63,516 nucleotides of DNA, filler included, from Octopus bimaculoides (GCF_001194135.2; 7 parts of 7 records of this genome joined end to end with filler, not necessarily neighbours in it), one strand, 5' to 3'. Shown: positions 24,936 to 38,169, counted from the whole stretch's first letter. Program-made: numbers and translations. Notes: generated by a model from the letters alone, not told the origin.

Positions 24936-25925
24936 CTGTTACTCAGAGTCGGACAGTTTTGTCTTNNNNNNNNNNNNNNNNNNNNNNNNNNNNNNNNNNN
25001 NNNNNNNNNNNNNNNNNNNNNNNNNNNNNNNNNNNNNNNNNNNNNNNNNNNNNNNNNNNNNNNNNNNNNNNNNNNNNNNNNNNNNNNNNNNNNNNNNNNN
25101 NNNNNNNNNNNNNNNNNNNNNNNNNNNNNNNNNNNNNNNNNNNNNNNNNNNNNNNNNNNNNNNNNNNNNNNNNNNNNNNNNNNNNNNNNNNNNNNNNNNN
25201 NNNNNNNNNNNNNNNNNNNNNNNNNNNNNNNNNNNNNNNNNNNNNNNNNNNNNNNNNNNNNNNNNNNNNNNNNNNNNNNNNNNNNNNNNNNNNNNNNNNN
25301 NNNNNNNNNNNNNNNNNNNNNNNNNNNNNNNNNNNNNNNNNNNNNNNNNNNNNNNNNNNNNNNNNNNNNNNNNNNNNNNNNNNNNNNNNNNNNNNNNNNN
25401 NNNNNNNNNNNNNNNNNNNNNNNNNNNNNNNNNNNNNNNNNNNNNNNNNNNNNNNNNNNNNNNNNNNNNNNNNNNNNNNNNNNNNNNNNNNNNNNNNNNN
25501 NNNNNNNNNNNNNNNNNNNNNNNNNNNNNNNNNNNNNNNNNNNNNNNNNNNNNNNNNNNNNNNNNNNNNNNNNNNNNNNNNNNNNNNNNNNNNNNNNNNN
25601 NNNNNNNNNNNNNNNNNNNNNNNNNNNNNNNNNNNNNNNNNNNNNNNNNNNNNNNNNNNNNNNNNNNNNNNNNNNNNNNNNNNNNNNNNNNNNNNNNNNN
25701 NNNNNNNNNNNNNNNNNNNNNNNNNNNNNNNNNNNNNNNNNNNNNNNNNNNNNNNNNNNNNNNNNNNNNNNNNNNNNNNNNNNNNNNNNNNNNNNNNNNN
25801 NNNNNNNNNNNNNNNNNNNNNNNNNNNNNNNNNNNNNNNNNNNNNNNNNNNNNNNNNNNNNNNNNNNNNNNNNNNNNNNNNNNNNNNNNNNNNNNNNNNN
25901 NNNNNNNNNNNNNNNNNNNNNNNNN

Positions 25926-26304
25926 CACATGGTTCCGGGTTCAGTCCCACTGCGTGGCACCTTCGGCAAGTGTCTTCTACTATAGCCTCGTGCCGACCAA
26001 AGCATTGCGAGTGGATTTGGTAGACGAAAACTGAAAGAAGCCCGTCGTATATATGTATATGTATATATATGTGTGTGTCTGTGTGTCTGTGTTTGCAACC
26101 CCTCCCCCACAACATCGCTTGACAACCGATGCTGGTGTGTTTACGTCCCCGTAACTTAGCGGTTCGGCAAAAGAGACCGATAGAATAAGGACTAGGCTTA
26201 CAAAGAATAAGTCCTGGGGTCGATTTGCTCGACTAAAGGCGATGCTCCAGCATGGCCGCAGTCAAATGACTGAAACAAGTAAAAGAGTAAAAGAGTAAAA
26301 GAGA
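25926..26304 (+). mobile_element. tRNA-derived SINE family A (abundant octopus-type; exact family undetermined)
   Basis: B-box-like GGTTCAGTCCC, GGCACCTT(G)GGCAAG core, internal (TA)/(TG) tract, tail GCTCCAGCATGGCCGCAGTCAAATGACTGAAAC and (AAAAGAGT)n end. The 5' end lies in a gap. Confidence 0.85.
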
Positions 26305-26432
26305 GTTATTTCTTCCGACTTTTCGTTCTGAGTTCAAATGCCGCCGAGATCGATCTTTGCCTTTCATCCTTCCCATAAAACAAGTACCAGTTGAGCACTG
26401 GTGTCGATGTAATTAACTAGCTCCTCATCCCA
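26305..26432 (+). mobile_element. SINE family B fragment (Nin/Deu-like central domain)
   Basis: TTCTGAGTTCAAAT..CGCCGAG..GCCTTTCATCC..AAGTACCAGTTGAGCACTGG.GTCGATGTAAT. Confidence 0.75.
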
Positions 26433-26499
26433 CCCTCTACAAAAAAAAAAAAGGAAAAAGGAGAAAAACTCGGGCTTTGAGCTGACAGAAGAAAGAATT

Positions 26500-26815
26500 T
26501 GCAAATATCCCAGGCAAGAAACAGAAGTCGCTTAATTCAGAGATTAAAATTACTATAATGAACCAGCATGAAGGATAAAAAAGAAATAAAGGCGATTGCA
26601 CATGACTTGTAAACTGTCTCAATCGACAATCTCCACTATTATTAAGGAGAAGTAAAGGAGTTTAAATGTATTAAACGGTTCTGCCGTCACGAAGTCGCCG
26701 ATAACAACGAAGAAATGACAAGGACCTGTCTAGATAATAGAGAAATTGTTGCTGCTCTGGAACAAAACCAGATACAAATGCGTGTATCCATGAGCCTACT
26801 CGCAGTGTTTCCGAA
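26500..26815 (+). mobile_element. Tigger/pogo transposase N-terminal (CENP-B HTH) fragment
   Basis: KQKSLNSEIKITIMNQHEG..IKAIAHDL..QSTISTIIKEK..GSAVTKSPITTK..IEKLLLLW..QIQMRVSMSLLAV across frameshifts. Confidence 0.75.
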
Positions 26816-27416
26816 GATGAAAGAGAGAAAATAGGTGGGCAGACGATGCAACAATGGTATTTTCTCATCAGTTGCATTACACTCCATTGCATTGCGCAGT
26901 CCAACACCTTGTTGGGTTGAAATGAAACAGAAAGAAATTAAGTTGTGATGGTTATGCCTTTCTGAAGCACAATAATGGAGTAACGAATATTCTATTTCAC
27001 TGTTGCCTGACTTAAAAAGAGATCTATATAGAATGTTTATTTTGTAAATGCACACATAAGAAGGAATCAGCTACACACATAACCAGTATGAGTGTCCCAT
27101 ACCACAACTAGTAGTCCTAACTAGGAGACGATCACAGTAAAAATAAAAAATAAAAAAAGAGGCTGCCTTCACCTTTTCTCCACCTGCTAGAAATAGCAAT
27201 CAAATTCTCCTTCAAATCACATATTTCGGAATACAATTTACATATCTCGAATGCCGTTGCCACCTCTGCCACACACCCAAGCAACCGAATCGATACCCTA
27301 AATCTGGAAATTGTCAATGTTTCCCTCTTCTTCGGAGTAAAAACCACTGGCCTATAGATGTACTGATTCTTTTTTGTCTTTTCTAGCATTATAACATACA
27401 TAACCAAGAGTGGAAT

Positions 27417-27541
27417 CAAGTTCCTGGCTCTAAGGGTATCATTGAAATACTTGGCTGGAGGTCCAACCCTCTGGGTTCATTTCAAGGGCTTAGAAAAACT
27501 GAAGAACCGCTGCAATAAGTGTGAATCTGAGAGGGGAATAT
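27417..27541 (+). mobile_element. Truncated copy of the mariner-derived MITE
   Basis: AAGTTCCTGGCT start; body similar to 27741-27962. Confidence 0.7.
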
Positions 27542-27740
27542 CAAATTATATACCATGTATTCTATTTATCAAATTTATGTCATATTGTTTTTAAATCCTA
27601 TGGTTTCGTGTTTTAAATTTTTTTATGAGTTTCTGAAAGAGCTCTGTGTGGTTGCTTGAACTGCTTGAAATAACAGCCAAATTTTCTGTATATTATATTT
27701 TCCTGTCTTTGAACAAGAGATGAACATATTGGTTAATCTG

Positions 27741-27962
27741 TACCTGTGGGGTACTGAAAAGTTCCTGGCTTTCAGTGTATCATGAAACACTTGGTTGGAG
27801 GCCCAACCCTCTGAGTTCTTTTACAAGAGTTTAGAAAAACAAAAGGATTGTTGCAATAAGTGGGTGAATCTGAGAGAGGAATATGTTGAATAAAATCATA
27901 ATTAACTGACCCTCCTGTATTTTCTTTTACCCAAAGCCAGGAACTTTTCAGCACCCCTCGTA
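27741..27962 (+). mobile_element. ~220-bp mariner-derived MITE with both TIRs
   Basis: Left GGGGTACTGAAAAGTTCCTGGCTTT; right AAAGCCAGGAACTTTTCAGCACCCCTCGTA (27933-27962); the interior retains the transposase end (..CNKWVNLR.EYVE*). Confidence 0.85.
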
Positions 27963-28309
27963 GATGGAATTGAACCTGTACATATGTTATTATTATTGGT
28001 ATGATGATCCTACCTCCACCCAAGACACAACAAACTTTTAATTTTGTGTCTTTTGCAAATTAGATGGCTAATGGTAATTCAATTTTAAAGAAAGAACGAC
28101 TCCATCGGTCGAAATCTTAGCAATGTCTATAACTGAATGCAATGGTTTCTACGCATAGCAAAACTTCATAACAATTCCATTTCACACCAATTCCACCCAT
28201 CGAATTTCCTCGTCTCTTCTCTTCTTCTTGTGATCTATATTGTGTTTCGTTTCCTACCTACACTTTAAACCTAACACTAGATACTTTATTATTATTATTA
28301 TTATTATTA

Positions 28310-28350
<41 letters not shown>

Positions 28351-29128
28351 GTTGTTGTTGTTGTTGCTGTTGTTGTTTCGTTTTGTTTTTGTTTTTACTC
28401 AGGAACCTCTCGAAATCTCTCCGTTCCCACGTTCCCCCGTTCCACTCCCCGACAATCATCAACTTACATAAGGTCAATCTGAACTTTAACCACGCATCGA
28501 CCCCCATCAATCTGTTTGTTAAAAGCGGGGGTAGGCTGCAAAGATCACGAACGGCGCCTGCTCTCTAATAACAAAAAAAAATAATAAGTTACAACAGGAA
28601 AATGCAAATGGGGTTCTAACAGCGAGAACGAGGCACCCATATTCCATATCACATAATACGCACATACATTCACAAACACTTTCACACACATTAATACTAC
28701 ACACTCATACACAATTACATCCTCACACACGCAAACACTACGCCGCTCCGTACACACACATACACAGACACTCCTTTCATTAACACATGCACACACACAC
28801 ACTCGCTCAATGGCCTTTTGTTGGTCGCTTACGAACATGTGTCAAAAGAAAAAAAACTCTTATCCCGTTTAAGTGTAAGGTGGTTCTCAGCAGCAATGTT
28901 TCCGCTAAGCTGTGCGCTTGTGCGCGCACACAGATGTTCGCAACCGGTGCACAAAGGAAACATTCTTTTTTTTTTTTAATTGAAGATGGAAGGTGAGCGT
29001 GAGTGCGAACATCCTTTACAANNNNNNNNNNNNNNNNNNNNNNNNNNNNNNNNNNNNNNNNNNNNTTAATTAATTAANNNNNNNNNNNNNNNNNNNNNNN
29101 NNNNNNNNNNNNNNNNNNNNNACATGCA

Positions 29129-29166
<38 letters not shown>

Positions 29167-29297
29167 CATGCATATATATATGTATATATATATACATGCA
29201 TATATATATATATATATATGTATGTATATATATATATACATGCATATATATATGTATATATATACATGCATATATATATATATATACATGCATATAG

Positions 29298-29330
<33 letters not shown>

Positions 29331-29690
29331 CACACACGCACACACACATACAGAGAAGCGCATACACGCACTTATTAATCACACACACACACACACACAC
29401 GCACGTGAACACACACGCAAAGAAAGAAAGAAACAAAGAAAGGAAGGGAGAAAGAAATTCTACACGCACTCCGCTCGTCTAGCACACGAACACACATACA
29501 CACACGCGCGAGCCGTAATTTTAAGCGAACGGGTTTTCCATCAAAATAAACGAACTCATGAAGTGTGAAAAGACCAGCCAGTCTGAAATTCCTGAGGCAG
29601 GCGCCGAAGTTGCCTAATCTGTTGGCTTACCTCACCGATTAGGAAAGCCAGCGTCCCAGTTTCGATTCCAGCTTTAAATAAATAAATAAA

Positions 29691-29724
<34 letters not shown>

Positions 29725-29915
29725 AGTGTGTGTGTGTGTGTCTTTCGAAGCATCACTTCACAGCTATTACATTAAGACATGCTGAGTGTATACACGCATA
29801 CATGCATAGATATATGTATATGTATATATCTATGTGTATATATATATATATGTATTATGTATACCTTGTATTACATACGTATGTTTTATAGCCATATCGT
29901 GTATTATGAGGTGAT

Positions 29916-30141
29916 ACTCTCTTTACTCTCTCTTACTTGTTTCAGTCATTTTGACTGCGGCCATGCTGGAGTACCGCCTTTAGTCGAGCAAATCGACCCC
30001 AGGACTTATTCTTTGGAAGCCTAGTACTTATTCTATCGGCCTCTTTTGCCGAACCGCTAATGTTACGGGGACGTAAACACACCACCATCGGTTGTCAAGC
30101 GATGTTGGGAGGGGGACAATCACAGACACACAAACATATAG

Positions 30142-30174
<33 letters not shown>

Positions 30175-30402
30175 NNNNNNNNNNNNNNNNNNNNNNNNNN
30201 NNNNNNNNNNNNNNNNNNNNNNNNNNNNNNNNNNNNNNNNNNNNNNNNNNNNNATATATATACGACGGGCTTCTTTCAGTTTCCGCCTACCAAATCCTCT
30301 CACAAGGCTTTGGTCGGCCCGAGGCTATAGTAGAAAGACACTTGCCCAAGGTGCCACGCGGTGGGACTGAACCCAGAATCATGTGGTTGGTAAGCAAGCT
30401 TC
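29916..30402 (-). mobile_element. SINE family A
   Basis: Reverse complement of the 25926 copy; gap in the internal microsatellite; head truncated by a MITE. Confidence 0.9.
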
Positions 30403-30403
30403 C

Positions 30404-30612
30404 TGTGGAAAAATTCCTGGCTTTGAGTAAAAGAAAATACAGGAGGATCAGTTAATTATCATTTTATTTAACATATTCCTTTCCCTGATTCACACACTTA
30501 TTATAGTGGTCCTTCATCTTTTTTCTAAGTCACGTAAAAGAACTCGAAATTTGGGCCGCTAAGCAAGCCTTTCGCGATACCTTTAAAGTCAGGAACTTTT
30601 CCGCATCCTCCT
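30404..30612 (-). mobile_element. Mariner-derived MITE (third copy, diverged)
   Basis: GAAAAATTCCTGGCTTT ... AAAGTCAGGAACTTTTCCGCATCCTC ends; body antisense to the 27741 copy. Confidence 0.75.
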
Positions 30613-30734
30613 CTGTGTGTGTTTGATATTATATGTTGTGTATTTTTATCTGACGTATGTAAATACTTATAGCATCCCATAAAATAACATTTAACATTAA
30701 GTAGTAATTAATAAAATAATAATAATAATAATTA

Positions 30735-30890
30735 ACGGCATTTCTTCCGGCTCTTTACGTTCTGAGTTCAAATCCCGCCGAAATCAAGTTTGACTTTCGC
30801 TCTTATCTGATAATGCTGGGGTCGATAAAAACGGTTAACCCATTTGCCCTAAAATTACGAACTTGTGCCACAGTTCGTAACCAATTCTTT
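30735..30890 (+). mobile_element. SINE family B fragment
   Basis: TTTACGTTCTGAGTTCAAATCCCGCCGA..GACTTT..GGGGTCGATAAAA. Confidence 0.7.
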
Positions 30891-31042
30891 TAAGATTATA
30901 CAACAATGATGATGATGATTTCTCTATATTTGCCACCAGGGCGAAGGATGAGGGGACCATACAAAGACAAAGATAAGGTGTGGTGGTTTACATGTAATGG
31001 AATGGTTCTCAAAAAATAGTAATGATGATGATCATATGTTTA

Positions 31043-31235
31043 TTGTTTCAATCCCTGGACTGGGCGATGCGCCGTGTTCTTTAACAAAATACTTCATTTT
31101 CCGTTGCCTCAGTCCACTCAGCTGACAAAAAGGAATAACCCTGCGACGGACAGGCATCCCGTCCAGGACCGGAATATATACGCCACAATATCCGGGGAAA
31201 CCAAGCATTGTGATGCTACGACTCGGAAAAGACCG
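31043..31235 (+). mobile_element. SINE family D (V/Meta-domain-like)
   Basis: GTTTCAATCCCTGGAC..CAGTCCACTCAGCTG..CCCTGCGACGGACAGGCATCCCGTCCAGG; an antisense relative lies at 62140-62355. Confidence 0.6.
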
Positions 31236-31262
31236 CTAATCTTTTGTTTTTTGCGCGCGCAC

Positions 31263-31293
<31 letters not shown>

Positions 31294-31919
31294 AGACAAT
31301 ATTGATAATATGGAAAATGAAGAATTTGAATATTCAAACTTTAGGTTTCTTTCCAGTTAGTTTATTCGCAATAATTATCCGACCTGGAACCGCCCTTGGT
31401 ATTTTACACAGAGAAATTCGGTATTTGCCTAGATATCATATCCCTCCTCTTGCTACACACTCACACACACACACACACACATTCACAATTACACACATAA
31501 TATATACGAAGGGCTTCTACACAGTTTCCGTCTTCTAAATTCATTCACAAGGCATCAGTCGACCCGGAGTTATGGTAGAAGGATTTATTCAACTTTTGTG
31601 CATCCGAGCAGGACTGAGCCTCTTAACAACGTAACCATGCCTGTTTCGATGTAATATATAGCTTCGATATTTATATTTCTTTACCGAAAAAGGAAGGACA
31701 TTATATATTTATTTATTTTACTGAAGTATTTTTATATACAAGGTTGATACAACTCTTATCTGTAATCCTATTGTACGTTGATATTAATTCATATCACGTA
31801 AACCGGTATAAAGACGATATGCTTGGCTGGATGGCCAGATAATGTTATGGATGGATGAAGAGGAGTGATATTATGTGATTGTATGGATGGACGAACGGAC
31901 GCAAGACCTGATGGAGAGA

Positions 31920-31952
31920 TAAAGATATATATACACATGCATACATACATAC

Positions 31953-32023
<71 letters not shown>

Positions 32024-32365
32024 TACAATTATATATGCATATATATATATATAAATATGCAATTATATATGCATATATATATATATATATATATATATGC
32101 ATGCATATATATATGCTTGCATGCATATATATATGCTTGCATATATATATGTATATGCATGCATATATATATGTATATGCATGCATATATATATGTATAT
32201 GTATGCATATATATATGCGTGTGTGTACATATGTATGTGCGTGTGTGTACATATTTATGTGTGTGTGTGTACATATATATATGCATGTATATATATATAT
32301 ATATACATATTTATATGCATATAAATGTAAATTTACATGTATGTATATTTTATATATATATATTT

Positions 32366-32440
<75 letters not shown>
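31920..32440. repeat. Compound (TA)n/(TATGCA)n/(CA)n microsatellite; similar tracts at 29120-29420, 33055-33330, 51480-51560 and 52100-52520
   Basis: Direct observation; source of the IY/HT-rich ORFs. Confidence 0.95.
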
Positions 32441-33207
32441 NNNNNNNNNNNNNNNNNNNNNNNNNNNNNNNNNNNNNNNNNNNNNNNNNNNNNNNNNNNN
32501 NNNNNNNNNNNNNNNNNNNNNNNNNNNNNNNNNNNNNNNNNNNNNNNNNNNNNNNNNNNNNNNNNNNNNNNNNNNNNNNNNNNNNNNNNNNNNNNNNNNN
32601 NNNNNNNNNNNNNNNNNNNNNNNNNNNNNNNNNNNNNNNNNNNNNNNNNNNNNNNNNNNNNNNNNNNNNNNNNNNNNNNNNNNNNNNNNNNNNNNNNNNN
32701 NNNNNNNNNNNNNNNNNNNNNNNNNNNNNNNNNNNNNNNNNNNNNNNNNNNNNNNNNNNNNNNNNNNNNNNNNNNNNNNNNNNNNNNNNNNNNNNNNNNN
32801 NNNNNNNNNNNNNNNNNNNNNNNNNNNNNNNNNNNNNNNNNNNNNNNNNNNNNNNNNNNNNNNNNNNNNNNNNNNNNNNNNNNNNNNNNNNNNNNNNNNN
32901 NNNNNNNNNNNNNNNNNNNNNNNNNNNNNNNNNNNNNNNNNNNNNNNNNNNNNNNNNNNNNNNNNNNNNNNNNNNNNNNNNNNNNNNNNNNNNNNNNNNN
33001 NNNNNNNNNNNNNNNNNNNNNNNNNNNNNNNNNNNNNNNNNNNNNNNNNNNNNNTGTATGTATGTGTATACATATATGCATGTATATATATATGCATGTA
33101 TGAATATATATATGTATGTATATATATGTATATGTGTGTGTATGTATGTATATATACATAAGTATGTATGTATATATACGTATGTATGTATGTATATATA
33201 TATCTAC

Positions 33208-33243
<36 letters not shown>

Positions 33244-33330
33244 GTATACAGAAATGCATACGTTGTGTGTGATATACATTGTGATTTTATATATATATAT
33301 GTATGTATATATATATAATATATATATATA

Positions 33331-33667
33331 ATCGTCTTATACTTGTTTTATTCATCAGACTGTCATCATGCTGGGGCATCGCCTTGAAGAATTTTTAGTG
33401 GAATGAATCGACTCCAATACTTTTTTTCTTCGTTTTGTTTAAGCTTCATACTTATAGAATAAGTGTCTTTGCCGAACCGCAAACTCACAGGACGTAAACA
33501 TACCAACACCGGTAGTCAAGCGGTGAAGGGGGGGGCAAACACTAACACAAAGATACACACACACTCATATATACATACATACATATATATAAAACAAATA
33601 ATAAATGAGTATATGCATATATACGTACAAGTATGTGCATACCTACATCTACCTGTATATATAGGTG

Positions 33668-33704
<37 letters not shown>

Positions 33705-33783
33705 CGTGTGTGTGTGTGTGTGTGTCGAGCTTCTTTTAGTTTCCATCCGCCAAATCCACTCACAAGGCTTCGGTCGGCCCACG
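33331..33783 (-). mobile_element. SINE family A (diverged, head missing)
   Basis: CATGCTGGGGCATCGCCTTGAAG .. GCCGAACCGC .. CAAATCCACTCACAAGGCTT. Confidence 0.8.
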
Positions 33784-33879
33784 TCTGAAGTAGATGACAT
33801 GTTATAACGTTTATTTTAGCCCTGAGCTCAGTATTACATGAGCAACTATAACCGAAGTTGCCACCTTCATACACTCCCG

Positions 33880-34200
33880 CTGCAACGGCTACGATCTAGG
33901 TTCGTCCGGGCTACCAAAAATCCCTTATTACAAATGTCGAAACCCTTTCCAAGTTTAAGCCTTATATTTTGAGGGAGAGTATTGAAGAGCCGCCCCCCCC
34001 CCTTTTTAAACCGATGATCCTGCCATACCTTGTATCAGTATCTCTCAAAGTTGGGGCGCTTACCCTAATCAGTGGGACTTGATAATGTTTTCGCTTAAGC
34101 GTAGGTTACTTCAGAATGCGATATAAGTATGCAACACGCAAATAAAACTTTCAAAAAAACTTTAAACTTCTAAGGAGAGCAAGCCGAAACTTCGGTATTA
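33880..34200 (+). mobile_element. Possible PLE 3'-end fragment
   Basis: ..KPYILRESIEE..FLNR* weakly resembles a GIY-YIG C-terminus, followed by GCCGAAACTTCGGTA. Weak evidence only. Confidence 0.3.
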
Positions 34201-34755
34201 CTGTCAAGCTGTTGACTGTACTCTACTAAAAAGTGTTGATAGATACTTCAGTTTAATGTGAAATCGTTTTTATATATAACTTGGCATAAAAACAAACATT
34301 AATACGTATACGCTATGTGTGCGTGTGTGTGTGTGAGGCAGAGAGAGAGAGAGATGGGAAGAGAATATGGATGTATATATAATAGTTACAAAGAGTTATA
34401 GAAGAAGATGAAAAAACAAGCGTTAATTACAAATTAACAACCTTTGTCTCTGCTTCGTGGTTGCTGAGTTTTTATTCTCAGTATAGGAGTATTTTAAACA
34501 ATTTTAAAGTATAGGGAGCTTTATGAAGTTATTACGTTATAAGGTTGTTATTATGATAATATTGAGTATACAAGATGTAAATATTTATACACACACACAC
34601 ACAGATATATTATATATATATATATATATACGTATATATATANNNNNNNNNNNNNNNNNNNNNNNTGTGTATGTATGTGTGTGTGTATGTATGTGTGTGT
34701 GTGTATGTGTGTGTGTGTGTGTATATATATATATGTGTGTGTGTGTGTATACAGA

Positions 34756-34916
34756 CGCTGGAGTGGCTGTGTGATAACTAGCTTGCTTACCAACCACATG
34801 GTTCCGGGTTCAGTCCCACTGCGTGGCACCTTTGACGTTTTCTGCTATAGCCTCGGGCCGACTAAAGCCTTGTGAGTGGATTTGGTAGACGGAAACTGAA
34901 AGAAGCCCGTCGTGTA

Positions 34917-34949
<33 letters not shown>

Positions 34950-35153
34950 CTATGTTTGCCCCCCCCCCCATCGCTTGGCAAGAGATGCTGGTGTGTTTAC
35001 GTCCCCGTAACACTGGCGGTTTGGCAAAAGATATCTATAGGATAAATATTAGGCTTACAAAGAGTAAGTCCTGGGGTCGATTTGTTCGACTAAAAGCGTA
35101 GCTCCAGCATGGCTGCCGTCAAATGACTGAAAAAAATAAAAGAATAAAAGAAT
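34756..35153 (+). mobile_element. SINE family A (near full length)
   Basis: Head GGAGTGGCTGTGTG..CAACCACATGGTTCCGGGTTCAGTCCC through tail GCTCCAGCATGGC..AAATGACTGAAA. Confidence 0.9.
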
Positions 35154-35319
35154 ATACATATATATATATACTTTGTCCGTTGAAAACGAAAGTGCAGTGT
35201 GGGACAAAACAACAAACAGAAAAAAGGAAAGTAAAGAAAAAAACAGAGCTGAAAAACATTGCCTTACACTCGGTCTTAAGGGAGAAAACAGTAGTTTTAC
35301 AGCCATGCAAAGGCCCCCT

Positions 35320-35690
35320 TGTCGAGTAATTGAATGACAAAGTTTGGCACCAGTCCCTTAGGGATTTTTCAGTCAAGAGTTAATACCTATAATTTCTTCC
35401 TTCTTTGTTCCGAGGAATAATATTCAAAACTTTCAACCTCTTTCTAAAGTGTATCTGGTATGAACCTCTCAACATTTTATTTTCAATTTTTATTTTTATT
35501 TATTTATTTACTCTTCTTGGTGAGTCCCTTGGATTGCTCTAGCAATTTAATACAGAATTCTGGTACTACAAGGATGACCAAAGTTGGGACCTATGGATAC
35601 TCTGGGAGGCTGGGGGATGAATGTCGTCTGAGAGAAAACATGACTTCTTGTGCGCTCGTTCTGAATATAGTCAAGATCATTCAGATTATA
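35320..35690 (-). mobile_element. CR1-like RT C-terminal fragment
   Basis: SQLWS..IKLLE..TKK..RLKVLN..YSSEQRRK..KIPKGLVPNF across frameshifts. Confidence 0.6.
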
Positions 35691-35789
35691 TGCATACATA
35701 CATACATGTATGTATGTATATATGCGTGTATGTACACATATGTGGGGTTATGCACACACATACACACACACATATATATATATAATAAT

Positions 35790-35985
35790 ATATGAGTATA
35801 TGCATATATATGTACATGTATGTACATACCTTCATCTACATGTATATATAGATGCATATCTGGGTACAGGACGTTGCAAAAAAACATGGACAAAATGATA
35901 AACAAGGTACAAAAAACACGCGGGCCACATAGAGAACATACCCTTCATCAGCTGCCACCATTATAACACTGGCGTTTCGAATATA
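35790..35985. mobile_element. Short abundant repeat (GGGTACAGGACG / CTGATGAAGG family), probably PLE-derived; relatives at 13090-13250, 38800-38930, 41108-41180 and 59525-59640
   Basis: 35791-35912 matches the reverse complement of 38801-38930 at roughly 90% by eye; the copies sit in (TA)-rich tracts. Confidence 0.6.
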
Positions 35986-37184
35986 CACACACATAGCTCG
36001 AAGTTGATAAAGCTGTAAATAATACAAATAATAGCGTGCAGAACGCTGGGTTTAAAAAGCCTTCGGATAAAAAAAAAATCCAAGGTTGGCTTGTATGTAT
36101 ATATGTGTGTAAGCAAGTGTGTGTGTGTGTGTATTTGTGTATAGACACACACACACACATGCATACATACATACAAAGATGTAAGGTCCCGCACGTTATA
36201 CACATATATATATATATATATATATATANNNNNNNNNNNNNNNNNNNNNNNNNNNNNNNNNNNNNNNNNNNNNNNNNNNNNNNNNNNNNNNNNNNNNNNN
36301 NNNNNNNNNNNNNNNNNNNNNNNNNNNNNNNNNNNNNNNNNNNNNNNNNNNNNNNNNNNNNNNNNNNNNNNNNNNNNNNNNNNNNNNNNNNNNNNNNNNN
36401 NNNNNNNNNNNNNNNNNNNNNNNNNNNNNNNNNNNNNNNNNNNNNNNNNNNNNNNNNNNNNNNNNNNNNNNNNNNNNNNNNNNNNNNNNNNNNNNNNNNN
36501 NNNNNNNNNNNNNNNNNNNNNNNNNNNNNNNNNNNNNNNNNNNNNNNNNNNNNNNNNNNNNNNNNNNNNNNNNNNNNNNNNNNNNNNNNNNNNNNNNNNN
36601 NNNNNNNNNNNNNNNNNNNNNNNNNNNNNNNNNNNNNNNNNNNNNNNNNNNNNNNNNNNNNNNNNNNNNNNNNNNNNNNNNNNNNNNNNNNNNNNNNNNN
36701 NNNNNNNNNNNNNNNNNNNNNNNNNNNNNNNNNNNNNNNNNNNNNNNNNNNNNNNNNNNNNNNNNNNNNNNNNNNNNNNNNNNNNNNNNNNNNNNNNNNN
36801 NNNNNNNNNNNNNNNNNNNNNNNNNNNNNNNNNNNNNNNNNNNNNNNNNNNNNNNNNNNNNNNNNNNNNNNNNNNNNNNNNNNNNNNNNNNNNNNNNNNN
36901 NNNNNNNNNNNNNNNNNNNNNNNNNNNNNNNNNNNNNNNNNNNNNNNNNNNNNNNNNNNNNNNNNNNNNNNNNNNNNNNNNNNNNNNNNNNNNNNNNNNN
37001 NNNNNNNNNNNNNNNNNNNNNNNNNNNNNNNNNNNNNNNNNNNATATATATATATATACGTATGCATGTATGAATATATACACACATATATTTCCAGTTT
37101 ATCTCTTGTTATCCATGTATACGTATGCCACATAGCATACATAAATATCTTAGTATATATGTATGTGTATGTACGTATGTATGA

Positions 37185-37235
<51 letters not shown>

Positions 37236-37965
37236 TATAGTTCTTAACCAAGAATACTGTTGACAGAGACCTAGAACTTACAGACAGTTAAGCCATCGTC
37301 AGATTGGCTTTAACTGGCCGAAATTTCGAAGTTACAGTCAAAAATATTCTTGTTTAAGAATAATAGATTTGTATTCTACAAAAGTATAAAGTAACCCATT
37401 AGATTAATAGTTTAAGGCATAAAATTGTATTTTCTACTACTGAACATAAAAAAAAAAACATCAATATGTGTGTGTGTAATATATATGTACGTATGTATAT
37501 ACATATATATATATAATACATATATGTATTTACATACACGTACATATATAATGTGTGTGTGTGTGTTTATGCGTCTGTATGTATGTTTGTTTGTATGTTT
37601 GTAGACATACATACATACATGCGTTAAATATAGGCGCGCTATGACACGCGTCGTACAAAACGGCAAGAGTTTCTGACAATTCGAATCGGCAAAGGCGGTT
37701 TCGATGCCCGTTTGAAGTACTCTCGCTTCAACTGACACCGCATATTATAGAGCGAAGTAATTCACGTCAACAACTATCCAATTTGCATTTTCATATGAAT
37801 AGGATTGTCATTTTGCCAACATCTTCACACACACATACACACACACATACACACACACACACTTGTGCTTGTGTGTGTGATATTTGTATGAACATTCAGA
37901 ATTATGAATATGCAGACGTTCATAAAAATTGATAATCTCTGAGCGTGTATATAAATTCTGCCGAT

Positions 37966-38085
37966 GTAGACTTTGCCTTTCATCCTTTCAGGATCGATCA
38001 AATAAGTACCTGTTGAATACTGGGGATCGATGTAATCGACTTCAGCTCTCTCCCTAGTAACTGCCAAAATTTGAGACCAATATCT
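37966..38085 (+). mobile_element. SINE family B 3' part
   Basis: GACTTTGCCTTTCATCCTTTC.GGATCGAT.AAATAAGTACC..TACTGGGG.TCGATGTAATCGACTT. Confidence 0.8.
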
Positions 38086-38114
38086 GAGTATGTGTGCACG
38101 TTTGAATCTTCGTG

Positions 38115-38169
<55 letters not shown>

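Noticed and set aside
28933-29013. 10-bp inverted repeat GATGTTCGCA/TGCGAACATC
   Set aside because: Too short for a 61-bp spacer; expected by chance in a window this size.
34170-34196. CTAAGGA GAGCAAGCC GAAAC TTCG GTA hammerhead-like string
   Set aside because: G5 is mutated, stem II needs a 2-nt loop, and stem I does not pair.
35935-35985. CTGATGAAGG half-motifs (also ~41132, and CTGACGAAGG antisense at ~39021-39030)
   Set aside because: No GAAA with a pairable stem II/III and UH site in a valid order; cannot be called hammerheads from these copies.
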